From positions 85,684,001 through 85,748,000 of the forward strand of contig OZ024741.1 in NCBI GenBank assembly GCA_964016885.1: a stretch of 64,000 bases of DNA. Reading direction: 5' to 3'. This document shows positions 13,229 to 25,972 of this stretch, piece by piece (the first letter of the stretch is position 1; every line of letters begins with the position of its first letter). The notes under the pieces were generated by a model. The model was not told the DNA's origin and searched no databases. It worked only from the letters and a program-made list of their open reading frames with translations. Source of the stretch: Eledone cirrhosa (taxonomy: Eukaryota). Both the position numbers and the translations under genes were made by a program.

Positions 13229-13859
13229 AGGTGTGTCAGAAAAGTAACAGGACATAGTGTGCTGTGTGAGCTATGAGTGGGGTACGGATTAGCGGATTGC
13301 TTCACCACGTGACGCAATATCCAGAGAGTATATAACTGCGATCTCAGCTCTCTGCAGTTATTGTATGTTTTGTGAACAGCTCCTCAATTTTAGGCGCTCG
13401 AGCGATTGGCACAGAACAACAGACCAGCCTGAAGTTTCTGATCTGCCTGGAAAAAACTCCGTCAAAAGCACTCGGAGATGAGACGATGTCACACTCACGG
13501 GTTTTCGAGTGGTACAAAAGGTTCAAAGTGGGACGGGAGGACGTGGAAGATGACGCCAGGAACGGAAGACCTTCAAAGAGCATGAGTGAGGCCAACGTTG
13601 AGCGCGTGAAGCAAGTGGTGCGTGGAGATCTTCGGCTGACTGTTCGACTAATCGCAAGTGAGCAGAGCATGAACCGCGACAGCGTTTGGAAGACTATCAC
13701 CGAAGATATGGGCATGCGGTAGATCTGCGTGAAGATAGCACCGAAGCTGATGGGCGATGACCATAAGGAGCGGCGTATACATGTGTCAGTAATTTAGATT
13801 TGAAATGTTTTTTTTTGTTTTGTTTTTTTGCGCCCCAGTCCTGCTTCTTTTCTGACACA

Positions 13860-13864
<5 letters not shown>
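13227..13864 (+). mobile_element. Internally deleted mariner transposon
   Basis: TIRs caaggtgtgtcagaaaagtaacaggac / gtcctgcttcttttctgacacacctcg; HTH region VFEWYKRFKVGREDVEDDARNGRPS...DLRLTVRLIA (13372-13722). Confidence 0.9.
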
Positions 13865-13936
<72 letters not shown>

Positions 13937-14209
13937 CCACCACATAGTTGTGTTAAGTTGAAGAAACCCAGCAGCGTGCAGAGCTCTGGTGATGCCCTTG
14001 GCAAATCTTGATGAAACATGAAATAAACGCTTTATTCGATCTTAATATAAATCAATCAAATTTATTAAGTTCTTTTCTCCAAATGATGCCTCCATCCAAA
14101 GGATGCCCGGGGCCAACGCACCCCCCCCTCTGCACGCTACTTAAGAAACCGAGTATTATTTTCATATTATTTATACTATCGTTAAAACTACGTGTGATGT
14201 ACTAGAAAT

Positions 14210-14769
14210 ATTTGTTTCTACATTTGGCACAAGGCTAGCAATTATATCAGTGTATTATTGGTACTTTATTTTATCGACTCCGTAAGGATGAAAGGCAAAG
14301 TTAACCTCGGCGGGATTTGAACTCAGATCATAAAGGGACGTAACTCTATGCTGCAAAGTATGGCATCCCAACCTCTACCAATACTGCCAATCCACCGCCC
14401 TTAATAGTAATATTAATTGTTTCTACTTTAGGCACAAGGCCGGCAATTACTCAGTGCATTACTGGTACTTTATTTTATCGACCCCGTAAGGATGAAAGGC
14501 AAAGTCAACCTCGGCGGGATTTGAAATCAGAATGGCAAGGGCCGTAACTCTGCGTCAAAGCATGGCGTCAGACCCCCTACCGATACTGCCAATTGGCAGT
14601 ATCGGTAGAGGGTCGGACGCCATGCTTTCCAGCATAGTTACGTCCCTTTACGACATGAGTTCAAATCCCGCCGAGGTTGACTTTGCCTTTCATCCTTACG
14701 GGGTCGATAAAATAAAGTACCAGTAATGCACTGAGTAATTGCTGGCCTTGTGCCTAAAGTAGAAACAAA
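14210..14769. mobile_element. Cluster of three family-A SINEs (minus, minus, plus)
   Basis: Units about 14210-14401 (-), 14415-14592 (-), 14593-14769 (+); same A/B boxes and core as 8738. Confidence 0.85.
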
Positions 14770-15016
14770 TATTAATAGTAAGCTATCAGCTAACAATCAC
14801 AAGTCACAGCAAACTAACGAAAACGACACTGGAACCTAGAATACAGTTACAGACCTGTAATCGTGTTGTTATAAAGGGAGTATTGAAGAACAGTACAAAG
14901 AAAACTACTGTGCTAGTTATAACAGCTTTATACTTACAGAAGCCTTTTGTTTTAATAGACACAGCCACACATACACGCGAGCACACAAACAAATACACAA
15001 ACAGGCAATACGCAAA

Positions 15017-15235
15017 GGCGTGTAGCTGATTGGTTAGAGAACTGGATTCGCAATCGTGAGGTTGTCAGTTCGATTCCTGGACCAAGTGATGCGTTATGTC
15101 CTTGAGCAAGACACTTTATTTTACGTTGTTCCTTCTATCTGGAGTTGCGACCAATAAATAGTATTAGCTATTGGTAAGATCAATGGAAGCATTGTTTCCT
15201 CGGTCCTATTTGACGGAGGTCGATCGATAAATCAT
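15017..15235 (+). mobile_element. tRNA-derived SINE (family B)
   Basis: A box tagctgattgg, B box agttcgattcc, core gtccttgagcaagacacttt; copy at 22008. Confidence 0.8.
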
Positions 15236-16059
15236 ACGTACACACACATGTTTTTTACATACTTATTTATACGTGTGTGTATGCGGGTGAATGTATGTGT
15301 ATGTATATGCGTGTATATGTATATGTATGTATGGGTGTGTATGTATATATGTATACACATATATAGTCGAGTACGTACGTGTGATTAGATATACATTCGG
15401 CGATATATATATATACGTGCCTCGTGTGTTTGTATGTACGCATGCATGCGCTTTTGTTTGTACGTATTTGTGTGTATAAATATATATTTATATATATATA
15501 TGTGTGTGTGTGTATGTGCGTACCTATGTTTGTTTTCTTTTCTCTAGTGTTAATTGATTACTTTCTCTTTGATTTAAAAAAATTTTTCATTCTCATATAT
15601 TGTTTCATTTTTATACATATATCGAGAATGACACTTCTTTTTACTATTACACTCTCTTCCCTCTTTATCTTCCGCATATAAGTGACCGCGCGTGTGTGTG
15701 TGTTTATACGCGTGCTTTCATACTCGTATGTATTTAATACCTGTATCTGGATGGATATTAACTATATTATCTTACAATTTCCTTTTTCAACTCATATTAT
15801 ATACGTATTTGCGGTCACATATACACAAATATACTTGCCCTCATATATGTACTTATGCACACATTTTCACCATACACATGCATTTGTACATACACACATA
15901 TGTACATTTGTGAGTGTATATACATACTTATACACATACCCTAACTATATTTCCTTATTTTTTTTATATATCTCTTGCATTACTTTTATTTATATATGTT
16001 TTGCCCGTTAAACTCTTGCATTTCTTGAGGAGACTTTTCAAATATTTCACTATGTTTTA

Positions 16060-16137
16060 AATTGCCTCGTCCGACGAACGAATGAGGACGTTTTTCGTAT
16101 TCGTCTTATTCGGGAAACCTCTGGTAATGAGGTAATT
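16060..16137 (+). ncRNA. Type I hammerhead, core CCGACGA
   Basis: aattgcctcgt-CCGACGA-a-cgaatgaggacg...cgtcttattcg-g-GAAA-cc tct gg-TA-atgaggtaatt; 11-bp stem I, GUA site. Confidence 0.7.
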
Positions 16138-16150
16138 ATATTGTATTGTT

Positions 16151-16211
<61 letters not shown>

Positions 16212-16313
16212 TGTATGTATAGTATATTTGGCAATATACCGTATGTTTAATTAAACACATTTTGAAAACCTTGCGCTATCATTTTAAAGTAGTGATTATG
16301 TCACTTACTCCAT

Positions 16314-16403
16314 TTTTCGGCAAAGAAGGGAGAGAAGCTAGCAGATTCTGTTTCACACTGTTGGTGTTCCTCAGAGCAGCGTACTCCCTGTCTTTGCCGA
16401 AAA
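16314..16403 (-). ncRNA. Hammerhead with long distal helix and mutated cleavage triplet
   Basis: Minus strand: gct-CTGAGGA-acac caaca gtgt-GAAA-cag aat ctg-CT-agc, closed by ttttcggcaaaga.agggag / ctccct.tctttgccgaaaa. Confidence 0.6.
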
Positions 16404-16684
16404 TTATAGAGGCTGGATTCTTATAGAATTCCAGTAATAATCAGGAACTGATTATACAGCTGAGATGTGTGAAAGAACAAAATCGGATCTCACACACAAA
16501 ACATATCTTAAGAACTTTCGATTGCAGAGTCGGGTTCGATCTATAATAGATCTTGCCTCGAGCCGATCGATAGAGAAACATATGTAATATGTTAATAAAT
16601 GTAATATGATGCAACACTGAATCGTTCTTTATAATATGTATATATATGATGTGAGAAAACCACAGACCCTCCATCTCAACTCTA

Positions 16685-16717
16685 CTTTTGAAAAGCAGAA
16701 CTGCGAAACCGGTAAAG
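16685..16717 (+). ncRNA. Minimal hammerhead-like motif, variant core TTGAAAA
   Basis: ctt-TTGAAAA-gcag aa ctgc-GAAA-ccgg-TA-aag; related motif at 24371-24408 (-). Confidence 0.45.
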
Positions 16718-16847
16718 GAACCAAATAAATATATATATATATTTTTAAATAAGACTCCAGTTGCATTTTCGATTTCATCTTTTTTTCTTTATACTTTCAC
16801 TCGTGTAGGACACCTCGGTTATTTTTCATTTTGTAAAAAAACCTCAC

Positions 16848-17047
<200 letters not shown>

Positions 17048-17048
17048 C

Positions 17049-17590
17049 TTTTTCGAATATTAGTAATAACATTCGATTCGTTTGCAATTATGCAAACAAC
17101 CCTCAATTTTATAGCCATGTCAGTAGAATGAACCCTTCGTTCTTGCTCTGTGTTGGCATGTGAATTTGGCAAAGCCGGCCATTTATCGCCCGTATACAGG
17201 AAACTGACTGACCAGTCTGTTGATATGCAAATCTGGCTGATCAGTGGATCTGCTAATATGCAGATCTGACTGATCAGCCAGTCTGCTAATATGCATATCA
17301 GGCCAATCAGTCACTGTATTTTTGAAAATAGCATATATTTTCACTAGCTCTGACAGTTTGGCAAGTGAACAGTGAGCTGTACTGATGAAGGGTGATACAC
17401 AGAAACATTAGTGTCTGCAGTTCTGTTCACATGCTAACACAAGAGCAAGAATGAAGGGTTCATTCTACTGACATGGCTATAAAATTGAAGCTTGTTTGCA
17501 TAATTGCAAACGAATCGAATGTTATTATTAATATTCGAAAAACTCAGATTACATTTATTGTATTCAGCCATGTAGAGCGAAAATGTTCTT
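17049..17590 (+). mobile_element. Non-coding HHR-bearing element with about 116-bp inverted arms, flanked by (TA)n
   Basis: Arms 17049-17164 / 17426-17542; internal about 33-bp tandem repeats at 17205-17315. Confidence 0.75.
17365..17430 (+). ncRNA. Canonical type I hammerhead ribozyme
   Basis: gtgaacagt-gagctgta-CTGATGA-ag gtg ata cac a-GAAA-cattagtg-TC-tgcagttc-tgttcac; GUC site, predicted cut after 17415. Confidence 0.8.
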
Positions 17591-17614
17591 TATATATATA
17601 TATACATATACATG

Positions 17615-18589
<975 letters not shown>

Positions 18590-18825
18590 ATAAATAAATA
18601 AATATATACACAAGCACAATAACAACAAACACATATAAACACACACTAATAAACTAAGATAGACTACAATAACCAAAACACAGTCACCCAAACGCGAACA
18701 CACACACCAAACACTATACACACACGCAAACGCATGCGCAGAGAAGAAGACAAAAATAAATAAATAAATAAACAGATAAAATAAAAAGGGCGTAGGCATA
18801 CAATACAACAGGAGGAAACATAATG

Positions 18826-18862
18826 GTACCACTGATGGTGTTGCAGATGTGCAACGAAAGAA
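18826..18862 (+). ncRNA. Degenerate hammerhead core in PLE tail
   Basis: CTGATGG-t-gttgc agatgt gcaac-GAAA; stem I/III unclear. Confidence 0.45.
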
Positions 18863-19127
18863 CTTTGTTAGACTATATATATGTATTTATATATGTATTT
18901 TTGACGGTTGGTCAGTCAATGGTAAACATTGATTGCCGAATGAATTAACTATGGAGATATAAAAGATACAGAAGCGAAAACCAACGAAACAGTGAGCGTG
19001 TTCTGTCATTATTTCTGGCAATATTATTACAACAATATGACCCTCCCCAACTATAACAATATCTGTAGTTGACGGCCGAGAGAAAAGAACTCAATACTGG
19101 ACTATTATCCATAACGAAATGAATAAA

Positions 19128-19462
19128 CAGTGGAACCTCGATTAACGAACGCTTTTCAACACGAACGAATCGGTTCGCGAACAATTTTTCCGAATTAAAA
19201 CGTCTCGGCTCACGAGCAGTGTCTCGAGTAACGATCACGCAAGCCAGCAACAACGGTTGGCAACAAGCTTGGAGCATCGGCGTGTAAGAGTCACTTATTG
19301 TGTAGTAGGTTACTAAGATGATATCTATATGTCTTTCACACAGTTTTTCAATGTATTTCTCTCTCAACATATCGTATGGGCAATATAGTTTCGGCTTACG
19401 AACATTTCAGGTAACGAACGGCCTTCAAGAATGAATTCATTTCGTGAACCTAGGTTCCTCTG
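19128..19462. mobile_element. Tigger/pogo-like MITE
   Basis: TIRs cagtggaacctcgattaacgaa / ttcgtgaacctaggttcctctg; TA on right flank. Confidence 0.7.
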
Positions 19463-19478
19463 TATATATATATATATA

Positions 19479-20244
19479 TCTGTATATATATAAAGACGAA
19501 GTTTTCTGTATGTGTGTATATGTGTGTGTGGACAATTTTTAATGAGGGCTCATATATTCTAAACCATTCATGCGATTTCTTTGAAATTTTTTACAGAGCT
19601 TCTCCTTGCACAAAACCTGTACATGACCTACAAAGGCTTTCAAAAATCGATATTGGGGCTTTTGGAGACATTAAAAAAGTTTCGGTTATTTGTGTAAATT
19701 TTCGTGATTAAGTAAGACAAGAGTTATCTTTAAGTAAGACAAGAGTTATCTTTCGTAATTCGGCCCATTCAGATTTTAATTTACTCTTTGTACTTGAAAC
19801 AAACGGTACGCTTCCTTGAGACTAACAATATCATTTTGTATATTTCACAACCAGCAATTTCTAACAAATTACTAAGTTAAGTTATAGATTTGACATTGTA
19901 TAATTTATCGTTTCAAGCTTGATGTTCATACATTAAGTGATGTCATAACTTTTACAATATTATGCTTTGTACATAATAGTGTCTATTATTCACTTCACTT
20001 CTCTATTTCATGATGCGCTATTACTGTTGTCAAAAAAATGTATACCTAGACTGGATTTCTGTTGTTACATGGGATAACGGATGACACCGAGCTCACATAT
20101 TAATTATTTCGCTGGAATAGTGCCTAAGGTTTTCATGTTTACATAAAATACGTTTTTCTTCTATGTATTCAAATTTACTTTGTTTAGTTTAATGAGCTAC
20201 ATCGAAAGCTACTTGAACCGTCTAAAGGACGAGTAGTTTAGCTA

Positions 20245-20245
<1 letters not shown>
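19479..20245 (+). mobile_element. Non-autonomous Helitron-like element
   Basis: 5' TC(tg)tatatatataaa; 3' hairpin ccgtc taaag gacga followed by CTAG|T. Confidence 0.6.
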
Positions 20246-20308
<63 letters not shown>

Positions 20309-20363
20309 TGATTTAAAACTGCACTATTCACAAGTGTATTTTAACCTTCATATCATGTCTTCC

Positions 20364-20434
20364 TATTTTATCTGACGAAAACACAAATGTTATTGCATGA
20401 TGATATTTGTTTTTGAAATGCGCATAATAAAATA
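20364..20434 (+). ncRNA. Minimal type I hammerhead with palindromic loop III
   Basis: tattttat-CTGACGA-aaac acaaatgttatt gcat gatgatatttgt tttt-GAAA-tgcgca-TA-ataaaata; lies in an about 170-bp insert between TA tracts. Confidence 0.75.
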
Positions 20435-20464
20435 CATGGAACTCTTTTAACCATCTTTTGATCT

Positions 20465-20522
<58 letters not shown>

Positions 20523-20599
20523 GTTTGTTTTTCTGTTTGTCTCCGGTGGATCCATCATGTTTAAACTTGGCATATGTGTTCGTTAGGCTCAGGAATAGA

Positions 20600-21823
20600 T
20601 GTTTGACCTATATTGATTTGTTTATGTGTTTGTTTGTCTGTTTGTCAATCTGTAGTCCTGATTGATGGTCATCATGAGTTATTGTTTTCACTATGACAGA
20701 ATGTGACGAAAAATACAGAGAATGAAGAAGTGAAAATTTGAAAGTTAGCACACGTTAAATTAAATAAAGATGGAATTAAGCAAGTAAGTTAATAATACAT
20801 GAACGAGGAGAAAAAGAATCAGAGATAAAGAAAGCGAAGAAAGTGAGCGACACGCGTTCAACATATTAGCCGATACTAAAGCAACAAGCACATGCCTGCC
20901 AGTTTGTTGCTGATAGGACCAGGAAAGCAACTATTCGTCAAGAGGTATTAGATGTACGAAACTGCAGCACAAAACAAAGAAGATGGATCAGATGCACAAA
21001 GATCATTAAGACATAAAAACAGAAAATAACAAGTGCAGAGAATAGACAGGATGAAACAAAGATAAAAAAGGCTTGCTGAAGATAGAACAATGAAAGCAAC
21101 TAATCATCAAGAGGCATCACATGTACGAAAATCATTAAGAGAAATAGAGCAGTTCAAAGGCGGCAAGAAATAACTGAAGCTCAAACAACTCAAAAGCAAT
21201 GTGAACAGAGACCAACGTCAGAAGATTTACAAAAGAGTTGTCGAGTGGAACGTTGCAGATTTGCTGCTCAAGACTGTGTCTAAGAACCTTTAATTAGAAT
21301 TTCCTCAATGAACAAAATTTGTCCTAATTGTGGTGCTAAAAATCGAATGTAGAGTCAACTGGATTGTGCTGTTTGAATGGAAAAATTAAGTTTAGACCTG
21401 AACCACATGACCATTGAGGAGACTGCTGATTGGTACAACTACTAAATCAAGACAATTTCTTCAAAATATCCAGAAGTATAATAATACATTCCAAATGACA
21501 TCATTTGGTGCAAATATCATCAATGAAAGTGGCTTTATGACCACTTTCAAGATCCAAGACCATGTGTACCATAGAATTGGACCGCTTCAGCCACTTTTAG
21601 AAGAAGAACCAAAATATTTCCAACTGTTTTTCACCAGTGACATGAAAACCCAAGCACAGACAAAATATAAAAGGAATAAAGAAACTAAGTGTGAATTCAT
21701 GTTGTAATATTATGTTACATGTAAGAATCAACTATATTAGACGTTTCAAATATGCCCTAGAAAAGTTTTGAATAAAATTTCATTATTTTCTTTAACCCGG
21801 GCAACGCTGGATACTTCTGCTAG
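20600..21823 (+). mobile_element. Helitron deletion derivative with Rep N-terminal remnant
   Basis: CPNCGAK...GLCCLNGK...FLQNIQKYNNTFQMTSFGA...FKIQDHVYHRIG...PKYFQLFF; 3' ccgggcaacgctgg hairpin plus CTAG|T; 5' limit uncertain. Confidence 0.8.
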
Positions 21824-21845
21824 TATATATATATACATATATATA

Positions 21846-21900
<55 letters not shown>

Positions 21901-21931
21901 TCATATATATATTTTCTGGTTGTTGAGTAAT

Positions 21932-22006
<75 letters not shown>

Positions 22007-22007
22007 A

Positions 22008-22222
22008 AGGCGTGTAACTGAGTGGTTAGAGAATTGGATTCACAATCTTGAGGTTGTGAGTTCGATTCCTGTACCGGGCGATGCGTTATGTCCTTGAGCA
22101 AGACACTTTATTTCACGTTGGTCCTTCTACCTGGAGTTGCGACCGATAGATAGTACTAGCAACTGGAAAGACCTGCGGAAATATTGTTTCCTCGGTCCGA
22201 TTTGACGAAAGTCGATCGTTCC
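22008..22222 (+). mobile_element. tRNA-derived SINE (family B)
   Basis: Similar to 15017-15235. Confidence 0.8.
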
Positions 22223-22338
22223 TTTATATATGTGTGTGTGTATTTATTTGATTGTGTGTATGTATGTATGTATGTATGTACGTGTATATATATATATATG
22301 TATATGTATATATATGTGTATAAATATTTCGTATCTCC

Positions 22339-22676
22339 AAAGAAATACGGTTTTAGGAAGCCGTAGCCATGCAAACACCGGGGAGCTAACGCCCTCTAGT
22401 GATGTCCAGCAGAAGCAAGGGGAACAACCGTCTATGCATTTCAGGCTTAACTGGTCATCATCAGGACGGCCCCTCCCACCGCTTGCGACTGCTGGACTAG
22501 AAGACAGGCGAGAATATATAGTTTTCTCGTCTGTGTAAATGAGGTGATTAATCTCATTTGCATATGAAGTTGCATAAGTTGGACATCACCAGAGGGCGTT
22601 AGCCCCCCGGTGTTTGCATAGCTATTTTATTTATACATATTGTATAAAGCAATGCTTGAAGCGAAATCCTATTTCT

Positions 22677-22677
<1 letters not shown>
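22339..22677 (-). mobile_element. Non-coding element with inverted arms and internal HHR
   Basis: Arms 22364-22410 / 22578-22624 plus outer aagaaata.g.ttt match. Confidence 0.7.
22418..22474 (-). ncRNA. Minimal type I hammerhead
   Basis: Minus strand: aggggccgtc-CTGATGA-tgaccagttaagcct-GAAA-tgca-TA-gacggttgttcccct; stem II weak. Confidence 0.65.
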
Positions 22678-22765
<88 letters not shown>

Positions 22766-22951
22766 GTGTGTGTGTGTATATATGTATATATGTGTGTATG
22801 TATGTATATGTGCATGTATGAGTATGTATGTATGTGTATGTATGTATAGTTTATTATATAAACAGAGAACATATGAACAGAGAACATAAAACAGAGATGC
22901 AGCACAATTGATATGGTCTTTTTTTCACGCTATATATATGTATATATATAT

Positions 22952-23014
<63 letters not shown>

Positions 23015-23102
23015 TATATATATGTGTGTCTATATATATGTGTATATGTGTGTATATGTATGTATATGTATGTGTATGTATATGTGTGTATAGGTGTACG
23101 TG

Positions 23103-23194
<92 letters not shown>

Positions 23195-23205
23195 TAACAG
23201 ATTAA

Positions 23206-23256
23206 AGTTTAAGCAAAGAATCGCTGCTTTCACCCTTAACGGGATCTTCTGAAACT
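23206..23256 (-). ncRNA. Hammerhead-like motif, core CAGAAGA, in an about 100-bp element with inverted arms (23187-23287)
   Basis: Minus strand: agttt-CAGAAGA-tccc gttaa gggt-GAAA-gca...tgc-TT-aaact. Confidence 0.55.
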
Positions 23257-23384
23257 CTTTGCTTAAACTTTAATCTGTTATTTTAATAAATATTTGCTCT
23301 ACGGTTCTTATATATTTGATATAAATTTATCCTTATCGAGCCCTCTTTGGATTTTAGTCTTCAAATTTATTATTATTACTATAT

Positions 23385-23676
23385 AAGGATCTCTATGGCA
23401 ATATACCACCTATCAGCAGGTCAATACGTGGACAGAGACTCAGATTTGCTGGCCACTGCTGGCGCAGCAAGGAAGAAATAGCAGGTCATGTGTTGTTATG
23501 GAGTCCATCTCATGGAGCAAGAAACGCTGGTCGTCCCAAGAAGACATACGTCAAGCAACTTGAGGACGATACTGGATGCACTGCGGAAGAACTGGCAAAC
23601 GCTATGAGAGACAGAGATGGATGGAGGAAACGTGTCGTAGAAAGCCGAGCAAGCTCGACCTGATGATGGTGATGAT
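23385..23676 (+). mobile_element. RTE-like LINE 3' fragment with (TGA)n tail
   Basis: LYGNIPPIS...RLRFAGHCWRSKEE...GRPKKTYVKQLEDDTG. Confidence 0.75.
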
Positions 23677-24449
23677 ATATATATATATATATACATATAT
23701 ATATCATAAATCATGTCCTTAGAATTATTAGATAAAATATATACCATTTCCTCTCCCAATTAGCATAATTAACCATATAAAAAATCAATTAGACCTAGCT
23801 ATAAGAATAAAGGTTCCTATGAAGAAATTTCCGACAAAAACCGAAAGCGGCCTCTTCGCGGTGGCCCCGATAGAGTATTTATCCAACATTTCAACAGCAT
23901 GTAGAAACTGACTAATATACCGTCAACCATACACAATTAGGTGTAAATTCAAACGTAGAAGAAATGTGTACATACCGTAATTATATCTCTACCATGGTTT
24001 CGTCCGTATTTTTAGACATCCAATTAACAGGATATATCCAGAGTATTGGACTCATCAGGAGTAAACTCAAAATTAGACATTTAATTTTCCAAAGTGATCG
24101 CGCCAAAAATAGATTCAAAAATGGCTAAGAATCGTGACGTGGCAGTGGTCAAGTTAGAAAGAATGTGATTAGTTGCTTACGGCGGGTAGGCTTGTTGCTA
24201 GAAAGCGCAGCCCAATATTGCCCAATTGTATCTCAACCTAACGGGAGATGTGATATATTAGTAAAAGGAAAAGAAAATGGTGACAAATTTTTCCCAGTGA
24301 AAAATAGTTTAATTAGGAATAAGTATAAATTAGTAATAAGTATTGGTTAGTATTCAGTTTTAGTTTTAAGTTTTTACCGGTTGCGCATTTCTAATGCTTT
24401 TCAAAAATAATTTTGAGATAGAGCGCTCGTGATGTTTGCTCTAATCTGA

Positions 24450-24509
<60 letters not shown>

Positions 24510-24515
<6 letters not shown>

Positions 24516-25134
24516 GGGGAGAAGAATACTGCTGGTTGCACATGGATAACATGTAATAAAATAAGTCCCTCATCAGTGATTTGCCGACGATCATAGATAT
24601 TTCATTGCATTAAAAATCATATACCTCACGTCGGTGCAATAATAACTAAATTAAGTTATTAGGACAATTAAAACGCGTTAAGCGAGTGAAACAAGATAAC
24701 AACAAAGAGGATAGCTAACCGTAGAAGGAAGGGAACAAGCTTCATAGTTATTCTGTTAGCATAAGCTAGGTGAATATATGAGCGCTTAGAAAAAAGACCT
24801 TTTAGGAGCGAATTCAAATGTGAGAAAGAGAGAAAATGATTTCGTCGCGAAACGGGGTGAAGTGAGAAGAGGAGAAACAGTGAGTGAGTGAGTGGAAGTG
24901 TGAGGAAGAGTTAACTGACATGACAGAGGGGGCGAAAGAAAGTAGGAGAAACAGAGAGAGCGAGGGAGCAGTAAGAGAGAGAGAGAAAAAAACAGAATCG
25001 CAGTTTAGGTAAATATATGTGAAAAAATGGGGAGAAGAATACTGCTGGTTGCACATGGATAACATGTAATAAAATAAGTCCCTCATCAGTGATTTGCCGA
25101 CGATCATAGATATTTCATTCCATTAAAAATCATA
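24510..25134 (-). repeat. About 110-bp direct repeats (24510-24620, 25023-25134), probable PLE-type terminal repeats
   Basis: Near-identical copies carrying CTGATGA on the minus strand; further degenerate core near 25359. Confidence 0.6.
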
Positions 25135-25972
25135 GGACCCAGCATATTTATCAATACCAGTACCGGTTGTATCTCAGCGCACTCAATGGGCAATGTAAGA
25201 TACATTACCAGAGTATACACATAGTTATTTGCCTCAACACAACACACGTAAAGCGGGTGCCTATAAGGTTCCTAGACTCGAGTTTCTGCAGCTCTAAGGT
25301 GCACTGCACCATCTGTCTACATATATTATGCAACAATGCACAATCGGCTTATGCTGCTTCATCAGCGGGTATCGCCTAATCAATAACCAATCGATCGACA
25401 TAATCCAAACACCGGCCCGTGCCGGTCATGACTGTTTGTGACAACCGACACGGTAAAGCGATTAACTGGCAACTGATAGGACTCTATCTCTCAACTAGCC
25501 ACTGATTTATAAATTTTACGTGGGGACGGGAAGCTAAAAATAATCAATCTATTAGTTCCTGTCAGAAGACTCAGCCAACGTGTCTCACACACAAATTATC
25601 AAGGGGTGAAAAGATGGCTATTAGAAATAGCAGTTCACATTGATATAAAATAGAATGGTAGCATTCGGTTCATGTCCCCAAATCCCATGGCTAAAGGAAA
25701 GCGATGGTAACAATGGTAGTGCCTAGAACCTTTAACGGACACCAAATGCGATCATCCATTATATACCAATATAGTAGCGAGCTGAAATGTGTCAGCCACG
25801 TGCGTAGATAACCAGTCTAATTCACGACTTAAAAGAGTGAGAGACAAAATTAGTAGCAGGAAAAAGAGTGCATATCAAAACAAAAACACAATAAAAAGTG
25901 AAAAATTGTTTAACTTACTCTCACTATTCCGCTCGTTGGGAGATAATAATAATATTATATAATAATAAAATA

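Noticed and set aside
23815-23870. HHR-like cgcgaaga...gaaa on the minus strand
   Set aside because: Core and stems I/III too degenerate
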